Shown here: positions 23,554 through 37,472 of the stretch, piece by piece | Position numbering within the stretch: the stretch's first letter is position 1 | Layout of the letters: every line of letters starts with the position of its first letter | Origin: Octopus vulgaris | Lineage: Eukaryota | Direction: 5' to 3' | DNA: 64,000 bases | Assembly (NCBI GenBank): GCA_951406725.2 | Contig: OX597822.1 | Location: 23,994,001-24,058,000, forward strand | Notes under the pieces: model-generated | Database searches by the model: none | The model's input: only the letters and a program-made list of their open reading frames with translations | Told to the model about the DNA's origin: nothing | Position numbers and translations under genes: made by a program

Positions 23554-23771
23554 CACAAGGGGCTAAACACAGAGGGGACAAACAAGGACAGACAAACGGA
23601 TTAAGTCGACTACATCGACCCCAGTGCATAACTGGTACTTAATTTATCGACCCCGAAAGGATGAAAGGCAAAGTCGACCTTGGCGGAATTTGAACTCAGA
23701 ACATAACGGCAGATGAAATATGGCTACGTGTTTCGCCCGGCATGCTACTGAGTCTGCCAGCTCGCTGCCTT
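23554..23771 (-). mobile_element. SINE family B
   Basis: Homolog of 18704-18935. Further copies at 19123-19320, 26305-26530, 27050-27211, 33464-33675, 33770-33994, 36941-37131 and 50751-50932. Confidence 0.8.
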
Positions 23772-24466
23772 GAAGAGCTTGCTGCCTTGGGAGAATATTA
23801 CATAGCTTGGAAACAGGTGAGGGTTAATAACAGGAAAGGTATCCACCTTGGAAAAAAACAACCTCAACAAATTGCATCTGACTCATACAAGCATGGAGAA
23901 GTAAAAATTTAACGATGATGATGATGATAATGATGATGATACTGTTAACAACAACAATGATGATGATGATGATGATGATGGTGAGGTGTGTGTGTGTGTG
24001 TCTGTGTGTGTAAGGGTCTTATTGTATTGGCAAACTTTCGAAACATATATATATATATAGTTTATGTGCAGGCAATAAGTGGCTAGATCTAATGAATGCT
24101 ACATTAACTTTGGTGTTACCATTTCTGTTTGTATTGGCGCTGGAGCTGTTGCACCAAATGATGTTCATATACACTTTCGACAATCATGAGAAATCCATTT
24201 AGAAGTTTATTTTCGGAGCTATTCCACTTGTAGCTAGTAAGAAGAAATGCAGATAACATTCATGCAAGTGGGTGTTTTTTTTTTCAGTAGTAATATCTTA
24301 TAACATCTTTACACATCACCATTTTAACGTCCGGTTTTGCATGCTTGCATGGGTCAGATGGATATTTGTTGAAGCAGATTTTCTACAGCTGGATACCCTT
24401 CCTGTCACTAACCCTCACCTAGTCAGATGTGTTTCCTGAAAGATTGTAATTTAACAACATTGTCTG

Positions 24467-24560
24467 TATGAGGGGGTGTTGAAAAGTTCCCTGTAAAAGA
24501 ACCTTCCAAGTTCTTTTACAGTGCTTAGAAAAACTGAAGAGTGTGAATCTGAGAGGGAAA
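24467..24560 (+). mobile_element. mariner-derived remnant
   Basis: TATGAGGGGGTGTTGAAAAGTTCC resembles a mariner TIR start; followed by LEKLK..VNLRG, like the mariner C-terminus. Confidence 0.4.
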
Positions 24561-25271
24561 TCATCATCATCATCATCATCATCATTTAACATCTGTTTTC
24601 CACGCTAGCATGGGTTGGATGGTTCGACCAGGGTCTGGTAAGCCATGGAGGCTGCACCAGGCTCCAGTCTGGTTTGGCAGTGTTTCTACAGCTGGATGCC
24701 CTTCCTAACGCCAACCACTCCGTGAGTGCAGTGGGTGCTTTTTACGTGCTGCCGGCTTAGGGGCCAGACGAGGCTGTCAAATGGCCACGATCGATTGGTG
24801 CTTTTACGGGTCACCGACATGGACACCAGTCAGGCAGCGGTGGCATCTGCCACATTCGGACAGTGCTAAAATCATAATTAACTGATCCTCCTCTATTTTC
24901 TTTTACCCAAAGCCAGGAACTTTTCAGCATTGCCTCATATAATGGTGATGGCCACTGGCAATCATCATGTGATGTCAAGACATGGATGAACATACATACA
25001 CAAATACACACACACACACACACGAGGAGCTTCTTTCATTTTCCATCTACTAAATCCACTTACAAAACTTTGGTTGGCCTGGGGTTATAGTAGAAGACAC
25101 TTGTCCAAAGTACTGCACAGTGGGGCAGAATTTTCTGTCACCAACCATCATTTGTTTCTAGCTAATATCCCCAAAGTTAAATATCTTTGCACAGAAGATT
25201 GAAAACAAGGACACTGCTTGTACGACATTATCACATAAGACAAAGAGATACTAACATCCCCACCATATGTA

Positions 25272-25309
<38 letters not shown>

Positions 25310-25448
25310 CATGCGTGCATATTGGTGTTAAGAGAAACTAAGTGTAAACAGACTATGGAATCTAATGCAACCCCTGGTCTTGCCAATTCCTGTCAAGGCC
25401 ATCCAACCATGGCCAGTATGGATAACAGACATTAAATGTTATTGATGG

Positions 25449-25511
<63 letters not shown>

Positions 25512-26049
25512 ACACACACACATACACTTCACAACAGGCTGCTCTCAGTCAACATCTACCAAATCCACTCAGAAGGGGCTTTAACAAGTCCAGAGCTAGT
25601 GTAGAAGACACTTAACTTACCCAAGATGTCAAGCAGTGGAACTGAACCTGAAACCATGTGGTTGGGAAGCAGGCTTCTTAACCACATATCTATGCCTATA
25701 CATTTTATAATTATACTTTGCCATAACTGTACCAATGACCAGTCGCCAGATCTCAATATACTTTTAAATACACTTATTACTAACTACATTATTAGTAATT
25801 ATAAGGCCCATAATACATATTATATTCATGATACTTATAATGTTTATCATACTCATAATGCATGGTATTATTACTAACCACCAATGGCCAGGAGGTGTGA
25901 GTAAATGATGATGAAACTATAACACATTTCACTGGCATTCAGCTCTTGTGCGCATAACTTCTAATAGACAAAGCAGCCGTAAGTTAATGAAGGTGACTAT
26001 GAAACTTTAATTAATACCATCTCCATACTTTCTGATTATAGTGCTTCTC

Positions 26050-26950
26050 TCCTTCCTTCCTGTATTTCCACCTATCCCCTCCTTTTTCCTGAGCCACTCC
26101 TATTCTTTCACCTTCCTCCACACGTACAGATATTTGCCATCGATCACATAATCACATCGCCATCCTTGTTCCATCATTCTCTACATTCACCTCAACACCT
26201 ATCACTAACCGTCTGTAGCTTTCTTCTCATGCTTTAATGAACTTATCCACCTACCTTTCCTGATTCTTTGTTCATATTCTCTCTGATACTGACCTTCTGG
26301 TATCTTATTTTTTTATTGCCCACAAGGGGCTAAGCATAGAGGGAACAAACAAGGACAGACAAAGGGATTAAGTCTATTACATCGACCCTAGTGCATAACT
26401 GGTACTTAATTTATCGACCCCGAAAGGATGAAAAGCAAAGTCGACCTCGGCGGAATTTGAACTCAGAACATAATGGCAGACAAAATACAGCTAAGCATTT
26501 CGTCCGGCGTGCTAATGTTTCTGCCAGCTCAAGAGTATGCTCTGACATCCCCTGACCACCATCTTTGTCTTCTTTCAAGCTACTCCCACCCACCCTTATA
26601 TAATATGAGGTAGCCATGCATCTCCTCTATAAGCAGACACCTGAGCCTGTCTCTCTATCAGTCTTCAGACTCTCAACACCTGACATAAAGCCACTTCCCT
26701 TTTCTACTTCAACCCCACTCAGTTGAAGGGTCCTTTCCTTTGCCTTGCAAGTTACTTGGTAACCTTACTATTGCCCATGCTATGCAAAAGCTAGCCAGTA
26801 TACTTTTTAGAGGGCATTCAGCCATAGTAACCATGCAAAAAGACCCAACTGAAGCTCAACACAGTCCTCCAGCTCACTGGATCCTATCAAACTGTCAAAC
26901 CCATGTCAGTATGGAAGACAAAAGTCAAATGATGATGATGAATACGATGA
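26050..26950 (+). mobile_element. Old RTE long 3' UTR remnant, interrupted by SINE B
   Basis: Pyrimidine-rich tract, ccatgcatctc..agacacctg, ccttgcaagttacttggt, and acccatgtcagtatggaa..(GAT)n; homologous to 54540-55235. Confidence 0.55.
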
Positions 26951-27983
26951 CGACAACTACCAGTTGCATATTGGGGTCGAACTAATCAACTGGGGCTGCT
27001 CCCCAAAAATTTCGGGCCTTGTGCCTACAGTAGAAAAGAATACTTTGTACTATAAACACAAAGCCTGAAATTTGGTACTTAATTTATTGACCCTGAAAGG
27101 ATGAAAGGCAAAATCAACCTCGGTACAATTTGAACTCAGAATGTAAAGAGAGATGAAACAGCACTAAACCTTTTCTGTCTGGCATGCTAATAATTCTGCC
27201 AGCTCACTGCCATAACATAATAAACACGTTTGAAACAAGAAGAAGAAAAAAAAACAAACAAAAACTAAAAAATACAGCCATTATCCCAATATCCTAGACA
27301 ATGAAACATTCATAATAACAGCATCTCATAATATCTTAGGAGATGTCCATTATTTGGTAACATTTACCATACTAGAAAGAACTAATTTAATACTAAATGC
27401 TGTTATCAATATGTTCAATTTGAAAAAAGAAAACCAATATATCTGACAAAATGGAAAAAAAAAACACTGTATACTCATAATGTTCAGTAACATTTAGCAC
27501 TAAGTATGGCCAGGGAAGGGGTCTCCCCACGTATGTGTTTTTTTTTTAATTTTATTTCTCTGCAGTTAGTGAATTGTCTAATGATGGGCACTTTGCCACT
27601 GCTAAGTCACTCACTGACTTCTCAATTAATTAAACATACCGGAGGTTAATTTATGAAGCTAGAATTTATTTCCAAGAAGTAATTTTCACATCGTTTCGAG
27701 GAGAAATAACAGGAATTTATTGGTAGCGACTTGGACAATTTGAGCAGTAGTTCCTTCTTAAATAGTCCAGCCATGTCATTAGGAGTTAATGACCTGCAGC
27801 AATCTTTACCAAATGAACAGTAAACTAGTGAAACCTTTACGAGAATCAGTCAGTTATATAATCGTTGTTAAACATATATATATGAGGGCCATTCAGATAT
27901 TTGGGGTTGAAAGACTACATGAATATACAGATATAGAGTAACAACAGTGTTTTATCAATATCCTCTGTCTCTTTTGTATGTAA

Positions 27984-28022
<39 letters not shown>

Positions 28023-28299
28023 TACTTACATACACACATATATATAGGTATATATATTTACACACAAACACATGCACATACACATATTAGACAAATAGAC
28101 GGATAAATAGATAGGGAGATAGGTAGGTAGATAAATAAATAGATAGATAGACAGACAGACGACTTATATAGATATATACATGATGATGATGATGATATAA
28201 ACACATATATGTATATACAAACATGTATACATGCATGCATACACATATACACGTTCATACACACAGTGATGGATCAAGTTTACAAGCAGCAGCTGTAGC

Positions 28300-28344
<45 letters not shown>

Positions 28345-28927
28345 TGCTTAGAACCATGTTTGGCTCTGATCAAACAGATCTCTGAACAATGGTATTACAG
28401 CCAGCTTTCAAATGTATTCTTCCTTTCTGAGGGTAGTGTGGGATTTGAGGGAGATATTGTTGCTATTTTTAACAGGTTGTGTATCAACAGAGAGACCTTC
28501 CCCAACTTTGTTTCATACCGACAAATACAACTTTACTCGATACAGCTATCGGCCTGTGGCCATGATGGAGCACCACCTCGTAGAATTAGTTGAACGAATT
28601 GACACCAGTACTTATAATAAGTTTAGTACTTATTCTACCAATCTCTTTGGCAAACTACTAAGTCATGGAAACATTAGCAATCTAACGCCCATTACCAGGC
28701 TGTAGGTGACAAACACAAATACACACACATGCAAAGCTACACCGTAAAACACCCAGTTTCCTCTGTAAAGTGGTTGGCATTAGGAAGGGCATCCAGCCAT
28801 AGAAATCAAACCAAAACAGATGACTGGTGCAACTCCCTGGTTTACTGGTCCCACTCAAATCATCTACTCATATCAGCATGAAAAACCAACATATGATGAA
28901 GACTGATGATGATATATCTATATATAT

Positions 28928-29161
28928 CTTATTTCTTTATTGCCCACAAGGGGCTAAACATAGAGGGGTCAAACAAGGACAGACAAAGGTATTAAGTTGA
29001 TTACATTGACCCCAGTGCGTACTGGTACTTAATTTATCGACCCCGAAAGGATGGAAGGCAAAGTCGAACTCGGCGGAATTTGAACTCAGAACATAGCGAC
29101 AGACGAAATACCGCTAAGCATTTTGCCCTGCATGCTAACATTTCTGCCAGCTCGCCGCCTT
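28928..29161 (-). mobile_element. SINE family B (full length, young)
   Basis: Intact head AAGGCGGCGAGCTGGCAG and tail GGGCAATAAAGAAATAAG; CpGs are largely retained. Confidence 0.85.
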
Positions 29162-29721
29162 ATATATATATATGTATATATATCTATATAAATCTACATA
29201 CACACGCACGCACGCACACACACAAATACTGATCTTTGTTTTTATATTGAGTTATAATAGAAACAATATTTCATTAAGCTGAAGGATCATTCAATCTTTT
29301 TTTTGTAGAGTGTAAATTTATTACAATTCTATACTTAACATGAATAGTATTGACAGTGACTTTGAAGTTACAGCTAATATACGATGGGCTTCCATACAGT
29401 TTCCATCTACTCCAAATTCATTCACAAAGCATTGCTGGGGCTATGATAGAAGACACTTGTGCAAGGTGCCACACAGTGGAACTTAACACGAAACCACGCA
29501 GTTGTAGAGCAAGCTCCTTAATCACACAGCTACGTCTGTGCCCACGGTTGGTGATATAAAACATGTTTTTCCTAAACAGAACTAATGATACAATAAAGAG
29601 TGAGAGGTTGATTTACAAGAAGTTGGTGACAAAGACATAACAGCTTCACAAATTGACATATCGGCAAAACAACATAGTAAAGCATTCCGAGACAATTCTT
29701 CGACCATGTTGAACAGATTTC

Positions 29722-29947
29722 AAGAAGAAGAAGTAGTAGTAGTAGTGGTGGTGGTGGTTGAAGAAGGGGAGGAGGAGGAGGCGAAGGGGGAGGAGGAGGA
29801 GAAGAAGAAGGAGAAGGAGGAGGAGGAGGAGGAGGAGACGAAGGAGGAGGAGAAGGAGGAGGAGGAGAAGAAGAAAGAGGAGGAGAAGAAGAAAGAGGAG
29901 GAGAAGAAGAAGAAGAAGAAGGAGAAGAAGAGGAGAAGAACATCAAC

Positions 29948-29990
<43 letters not shown>
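29722..29990. repeat. Compound trinucleotide microsatellite (GAA/GTA/GTG/GAG/TAA)
   Basis: Direct inspection. Confidence 0.95.
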
Positions 29991-29991
<1 letters not shown>

Positions 29992-30332
29992 CAATAGACG
30001 GTAATGACAAACAAAATGACAAAGGGTAATTAATTTTGTGTTGTAATGAAGACACAGAAGAGAGTTTAACATTTCAGACAGTGGTGCTTTGTCAAGAAAA
30101 GAGAGAAAAGAAATAAGGAAGAATTTTTTTTAGAAATTAATAGAAACTAACGAATGTAACGGGTGTAGACATGGCTTGTTTGGTTAAGAAGCTTGGTTTG
30201 CAATTACATGGTTCCGGGTTCAGTCCCACTGTGTGGCACCTTGGGCAAGTGTCTTCTACTATAGCCTCGGGTGGACCAATGACTTATGGAGTGAACTTGG
30301 CAGTCAGAAACTGTGTGGAAGTCTGTAGCATC

Positions 30333-30363
<31 letters not shown>

Positions 30364-32607
30364 GTGTGTGTGTGCATGTATGTATGAATGTTTGTGTATG
30401 TATGTATGTGTGTGAGCATGTATGTATGTTTGTATGCATGTATATTTGTGTGTATGCATGCATGTGTATATGTTTGTGCATATATGTATATGTGTGTATA
30501 TGTATGTGTGTGTGTAAGTGTGTATATGTGAATTTATGTATATAAAGCTGTGTAGTTAAGAAACTTGCATTGGGACCACATGGTTAGTGGTTCAGTCCCA
30601 TTCTATGGATGTTTTTTGGCTGATGTTCTCTACTACAAATACAGATCGACCACTTCCTTGTGTTTGAAATTAGTTGAGACACACTGGAAGAAGCCTGTCA
30701 TGTATATATAAATATGTTTGTATGTGGGTGTCTATGCATGTGAGTGTGTGTATGTGCATTTGTGTGTGTGTGTGTACATGACTAAATGCGTATTTCCCCT
30801 TTGCCCAGACATATGTGCATGTTGACTGCAAACAGAAGCACCATCATTCATACAGATGGTGTCATTTGCATGCAGTGCACCATGAATGCATATCTGGATT
30901 GTTTCTTTTATTTTCAGTTCACTAGGGAATTGTTACTTAGCTTGGCAACAGGTGAGGGTTGGCATCAGGAAAAGCATCCAACCATAGAAAAACTCTCTGC
31001 TTCAACTAGTTTTATCTGCTTCATCAAGCAACCATGGAAAAGTAGACCTTTAAATGATGATGATGATGATGACGATGGTGGTGATAATGACGATGATGAT
31101 GACAACGATGATGATGATGATGATGACAATAATGATGATAATGATGACGTTGATGATAATGATGATGATGGTGATAATGATGACAATGATGATGATGATG
31201 ACGGCAATGACAACAATGATGAGATCATTTCTGATATTTTCGTTCAGACTGCAACCAGCCCTGATTGAACAGATAACAATTTTTTGGAAGACAATCAAGT
31301 CATGACCTTTCTATCTTTTTATTTATATATTTGTTTATGCATTTGATTATTACTATTATTATTATTATTATTATTATTATTACTTGCATGAATAGTGTAT
31401 CAAGCATTGCTGCGTTAAATTACATTTTCAAATGTGTCCTTCCTTTCTTTTTTTAATATATTTTTAATATAATTAAATACGATTTAATGGAAGATTTCAA
31501 GTGGGTTGGTCGACCCCCACAGGGGCTCCATCATCAGTTAATATCAACATTCATGATTTCTAGAACTGTTACTAGACCACCAACGGTTAAAAAACAAAAG
31601 AAAAACTTTTCCACTACACTATAATATTGCCATTGCCCAAAATATCATCCATAAATCATTAACCAATGATAGCATCCCCCCCGATGAGGATAGAAACCGC
31701 ACTGAAAAGATAAGAAGCATCAAGCAGAATATCACTGAATGCAATACCAAACACAACATGAACACAATAGACAGGCTGGAATCCATATTGATAACACTGA
31801 TTTACATTAAGTTAGCATTTGACATACAACAATGTAATAATAATAATGATAATAATAATAATAACAATTTCTTTATCCACCACTGAGGATTTACTTAAGA
31901 GATTGGGGACAGCACAACAAAACACAAAAAGAGTGGGATTTAATCATGTGAAAAGGTAATAACAATAAATATTATATCTGGCCTCTGTGCCGGTGGCACG
32001 TAAAAGACACCATTCGAGCGTGATCATTACCAGCATCACCTTACTGGCACCTCTGCCGGCGGCATGTGTAAAAGATTCGAGCGAGGTTATTGCCAGTACT
32101 GCCTGACTGGCCCCGTACCGGTGGCACGTAAAAGCACCCACCACACTCTCGGAGTGGTTGGCGGTAGGAAGGGCATCCAGCTGTAGAAACTCTGCCAGAT
32201 CAAGATTGAGGCCTGGTACAGCCATGTGGTTCGCCAGCCCTCAGTCATGCGTCCAACCCATGGAAAGCGGACGTTAAACGATGATGATGATGATGATGAA
32301 GGCCCCAAAAGCAGGAGGCTTCCAAGGGCTGTTCCTGGAAAACCCACAAAAACCATGATCACCCTGACCTCTAGGGCAAGTGCCCTCTTCACTTCATCTA
32401 CCCTTGATCAAGAAGTACATGCTTAGAGTAGACCCATTCACTTGGGCTATTTGTGCTACATTCACCCACATTTTAACAAACTTTCTAGGAGGCAGCACTT
32501 CCCTCACAAGTGAAACTTGAAAAAGTTGATGTGGGCTTAGCCAAAGAGGAAATGTACACTAGTAACTATGACTAGGTCATGGTACTTCGCTATTTTTATC
32601 TATACTT

Positions 32608-32948
32608 CTCAGATGAGAAAGTCAATATGAGAGGTACAGAGAAAATAGCAACGTACCAGGGCCTCGCCATTGAGTTACAGAGGTTATGGAAAATGCAGGT
32701 AAAATATATCCCTGTAGTTATAGGTGTAGTAGGAACCATCCCTAAAGATTTGAACAGATGGATAGAGGAAATAGGCATAAAACCTAGTTTAGTGCAGCTT
32801 CAGAAAACAGTGTTATTAGAAAAGCTAGGATACTTAGGAAGGTTCTTGGCATCTAAGGTTATTTGTTGTAGTCTAATGTTAGGAATTTTTCTTTTCCAAC
32901 ACCCTAATTTGTTGTACATATATGAAATAATAATAATAATAATAATAA
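32608..32948 (+). pseudogene. R4/Dong-clade non-LTR retrotransposon 3' end (restriction-like endonuclease C-terminus) with TAA tail
   Basis: DEKVNMRGTEKIATYQGLAIELQRLWKMQVKYIPVVIGVVGTIPKDLNRWIEEIGI..LQKTVLL, followed by a short UTR and (TAA)n. Confidence 0.8.
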
Positions 32949-33054
32949 TGGTTTCAAATTTTGGCACAAGGCCAGAAAGTTCTAGTGAGTCAGGGGAGGT
33001 AAGATGACCCATCAATCCCAGTGCTCAAACTGGTACTTATTTTATTAAACCTGA

Positions 33055-33263
33055 AAGGGGTACCCAGCTACCAATGACACTCAAAAAGATTGGAACTAAT
33101 ATAAAGACAGAACACCTACAAAAGATATCATTGCTTGAAACTGCAAGAGTTCTCCACAGAGTTCTTTCTTGAAGTGTAATCAGTAAACAAGTGTCACATT
33201 AGTGGGCAGAGACACTTTCCATCATACTCAGCAAAATAAAGCTGAGGGTTTTCTTTATATAAC

Positions 33264-33310
<47 letters not shown>
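33055..33310 (+). mobile_element. Second R4/Dong-type 3' fragment with TAA tail
   Basis: LKKIGTNIKTEHLQKISLLETARVLHRVL, then UTR and (TAA)n. Confidence 0.65.
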
Positions 33311-33312
<2 letters not shown>

Positions 33313-33678
33313 GGGCATCCAGCTGTAGAAACACTGCCAGATCAGACTGGAGCCTGGTGCAGCCTTCTGGCTTCCCAGATCCCCAGTCAAACCGTCCAAC
33401 CCATGCTAGCATGGAGAACAGACGTTAAACGATGATGATGATGATGATGATGATGAATAATATTCCTTTCTACTATAGGCATAAGCATAAAATTTTGGGA
33501 GGGGGATAGTCAATTTCATCGACACCAGTACTTAACTGGTACTTATTTTATCGACCCTGAAAGGATGAAGGGCAAAGTCGGTCATGGCAGAATTTGAACT
33601 CAAAATGTAAAGATGGGTGAACTGCTTAGCAGTATTTCACCTAGCATGCTAACGATTCTGCCAGCTCACTGCCTTACA

Positions 33679-33726
<48 letters not shown>

Positions 33727-33997
33727 TATTATTATTATTATTATCATTATTATTATTATTATTATTATTATTTTATTGCCCACAAGGGGCTAAACACAGA
33801 GAGGACAAACAAGGACAAAGGGATTAAGTCAATTACATCGACCCCAGTGCGTAACTGGTACTTATTTAATTGACCCCAAAAAGATGAAAGGCAAAGTCAA
33901 CCTCGGTGGAATTTGAACTCAGAATGTAGCAGCAGATGAAATATCCCCAAGCATTTTGCCCAGTGTGCTAACGATTCTACCAGCTTGCTGCCTTACA

Positions 33998-34028
<31 letters not shown>

Positions 34029-34200
34029 ATAATAATAACAATAATAATAAATATCTCAACTCCCTTACATTCATCTCATTTTCTTTCTTTCTCTCTCTTT
34101 CCCACCTCTGCACCCAGTTTCTTATCTCTGATTCCCTGTTTCGTTGGCTGAGACTTAGGAGAGATTTATCTAATAACTGGTAAAACCCCGAAACTCAGGG

Positions 34201-34285
34201 GAAATAGCCAATAGGAAACGGTTTAGCAACTGTAATCAGGCGAAATAGCCAATAGAAATCAATGTAGCAATGCTTAATAATCAGG
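34201..34285 (+). promoter_or_regulatory. Tandem pair of CCAAT boxes, each followed by a TAGCAA (RFX half-site-like) motif
   Basis: GAAATAGCCAATAGGAAACGGTTTAGCAACTGTAATCAGG and GAAATAGCCAATAGAAATCAATGTAGCAATGCTTAATAATCAGG; the CCAAT boxes are 41 bp apart. Confidence 0.3.
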
Positions 34286-34521
34286 ATAATCAGAAGCAAT
34301 ATATTTCTGAGCTTCATTTCAAGTATTGAAGATATTAATTACACATGCCAACCAAAAGTCCTCTTGTGGATAATTGGCAGTTCTGGGACAGCTGTCAACC
34401 TGGCCATTTCATGTGTGTGTGTATCTGATGTACATATACATATATATATATATATATATGTACACACACACAAATATACAAACATGTATATATATATATA
34501 TATATACCCATATGTACACAT

Positions 34522-34558
<37 letters not shown>

Positions 34559-35411
34559 ATACATACATTCAAACATATGTGTGTGTGTGTGTGTGTGTGT
34601 ATATGTAAATATACATATATGTATGTATATATACATAGATATTTGATTTGTATAGATCTTTAATCTTTTTTCACCTACACACACATATATATATATATAT
34701 ATATATCTGTATGTGAGTCTATATACATGTGTACACACACACACACATGTATATGTCCCTCCCTTTGCTTCTTTTATGAAAATAATTCTATATCAATAAT
34801 CTGTCTCCTTTCAGACTATGTGAATGACAGAGAGGATGAGAGACAGAGAGAGAGAGGGAGAGGGACAGAAAGAGAGAAATAGAAAAGTGAGAAAGAGAGA
34901 GACGGGGTGGGGGAAAAGAAAAGCAGAGAAAGTGAGATGGCATATCAGTGATAACTCATCTTTTGTTTGTGTGGAGACTGAAGTAAGCTGATTGCATCTT
35001 TTTTTTTTTGTTCTCTTACGGAGGCGGAGTATCAAATAGAGATTTGAGTAGATTTCCATTTGATGATATGAAGTTTTACAGGGAGTGGGTGGAGAGGCTG
35101 TGAAATAAGAGACCATGAGTTCAGATCTCATTGTAGAACGTCCAATTCCTGTTCCTTAGCTAACACTTCCATGTTTGTTAAACCAGTACGTGATGGTGAT
35201 GGTGAAGACAAGATGATGATGGGGGAGTGGATGAGAAAACAGGAGGAGGAGGAGAAAAGGGGGAGGACATTGCTGATGCCAACAATGGCACCTTAGCCTC
35301 TGCCAGAGACAAAATATGTTTTATGTCAAGTTTCCATTTATATCCTGAAGTGTCAAACTTTTCATCACACTTCTGCGTCCTGGTCATTGACACAGCTCCA
35401 TTGCAGAATTA

Positions 35412-35813
35412 CTCTTTTACTTGTTTCAGTCATTTGACTACGGCCATGCTGGAGCACTGCCTTTAGTCAAGCAAATCGACCCCCAGGACTTATTCTTTGT
35501 AAGCCTAGTACTTATTCTATCGGTCTCTTTTGCCGAACTGCTAAGTTATGGGGACATAAACACACCAGCATCGGTTGTCAAACGATGTTGGGGGGGGGGG
35601 GACAAACACAGACACACACACACACACATATATATATATACATATACATATATATGACGGGCTTCTTTCAGTTTCCGTCTACCAAATCCACTCACAAGGC
35701 TTTGGTAGGCCCGAGGCTATAGTAGAAGACACTTGCCCAAGGTGCCACGCAGTGGGACTGAACCTAGAACCATGCGGTTGGTAAGCAAGCTACTTACCAC
35801 ACAGCCGCTCCTG
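35412..35813 (-). mobile_element. SINE family A
   Basis: Full-length reverse-complement copy. Confidence 0.85.
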
Positions 35814-36584
35814 GTGATAATAATGATGAGTTGACTCCAGTAGGATTTGAACTCTGGCTGGAGAGAAAAGCAAGGGAAGGAATACTGATACAAAATCCTA
35901 GAGTCTAGCACTCGACCATTTCTGCTGCTCGAGTCGTTGGCTTATGTTTATGAATTTATCAATAGAGACAGTCCGGATTAGCTGCTTCATTAAGATGACA
36001 GATTTCTCCATTGCGGATTGCTAATTCGAAGCTGCCTGCCTCCATTCCCACAGCCACCACCACCACCACCACTAACAACAACAACAACACCACGGTCAAC
36101 ACCAATGTCACTGAAGCTGTTAATGCTGTAACCAAAACGACCACCACTTCCACAACTGACACTGACATTGTCACCATCAACACCACCACCACCACCACCA
36201 CCGGCACCATCACTACTGACATCACCACTGTCACTACCACCACCACCACCACACCACCACCACAACAGCCACTTCTACCACTATATTGTCCGTCTCCTCG
36301 ATTAAAGGCACATATTACTTTTAATTATGTAAAGTATCACTGATAATTAAGAAAGCGTTGAATAATGGCATTTGATTGGATTTGATATTAGTTAGTCTGT
36401 CGAATGCATCTGGCAGGTGAAACCCCTCCATGCCCCCTCCTCACGATGCCACTGCCCCCCCACCGCCTCTGACCACTGCCACTATGAGCAATGCTGCTGT
36501 CCAATTAGCTATTTCTCTCAGAGTTTGTGTCAAAAGACCAGCAGTTGCGATGGGACACACACCAGTCCATTAATGAATCCTGTA

Positions 36585-36795
36585 TGTGGTTGCTGAACCT
36601 GCTAGAAATAACAACCAAATCTCAATTAAATCACGCCCTACTGTCTTTAAAATATCAAAGGATTCAATGGATAAAGGTCCAATATACCCCTAAAAAGATG
36701 GGATAGGATAGGATAGGATGGAATGGTCACAGCTGGAATGCTTCTGATCATTGGTGGATCCCCAATACAACTGACTAATGGCTAAACAACTAAAC
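36585..36795 (+). repeat. Ancient dispersed repeat (unclassified)
   Basis: ctgctagaaata.ca.ccaaatctc..aaatcac.ccctactgtctt..ggtca..gctggaatgc.t.tgatcat..gctaaacaac; diverged copies at about 28345-28500, 39285-39490 and 52820-53025. Confidence 0.55.
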
Positions 36796-36890
36796 ATTGT
36801 GTTCAGTGAATAAGCAAGCCTCCACATAGATACTAAACATACTAGAAAGGGCAGTCAAATATTCCTCAACTCTCACCTGACTATCAAAGG

Positions 36891-36923
<33 letters not shown>

Positions 36924-37157
36924 GTCGCCAACGCCGACGATCCTTTCTACTAGAGGTAGAAGGCCTGAAATTTTGAGTGAGGCAGGGTCTAGTTGATTAC
37001 ATCAACACAATTGTTTCACTGGTACCTATTTTATCGACCCCAACCTCAGCAGAATTTGAACTTGGAACATAGCGATGAGTGAAATACTACTAAGCATTTT
37101 ATCCAGCATGCTAACAATTCTGCCAGCTTACCATCATCATAATAATAATAATAATAA

Positions 37158-37472
37158 TAGTAAAGACTCCCTTCAGTCATGAATGACCATGGGATTGCCC
37201 CTACAAAGTTACACCAAGGCAAGGTTTTTCATGGAAGACCAGTAGTTGCTCATGCTTACCAGCCTCTCCAAACCACCAAGGTAAAAAGAAAAGGCTGATA
37301 CAGCTTGGCACCAGTGATGTTGCAACTCATTTCTACAGCTGAGTGAACTGAAGCAATGTGAAATAACATATAAAAATGTCCTGATCAAGAATACAACACA
37401 CAGCCCAGTCCGGGAATCAAACTCACTACCTCATGATTGTAAACCGAATACTCTAACCACTGAACCATGCGC
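37158..37472 (-). mobile_element. SINE family D
   Basis: Reverse-complement homolog of 16648-16953. Confidence 0.75.

Noticed and set aside
25920-25960. Minus-strand GCTG/CAGT-GAAATGTGTT hammerhead candidate
   Set aside because: The CUGAnGA box is absent (CACAAGA).
29706-30072. Poly-Arg (protamine-like), poly-Glu/Lys and poly-Pro ORFs
   Set aside because: A compound GAG/GAA microsatellite that is open in several frames; no gene context.
31485-31545. Minus-strand CTGATGA..GTGGG/CCCAC..GAAA hammerhead candidate
   Set aside because: Stem III and the NUH site do not pair properly and stem II is offset from the core; too degenerate to support.
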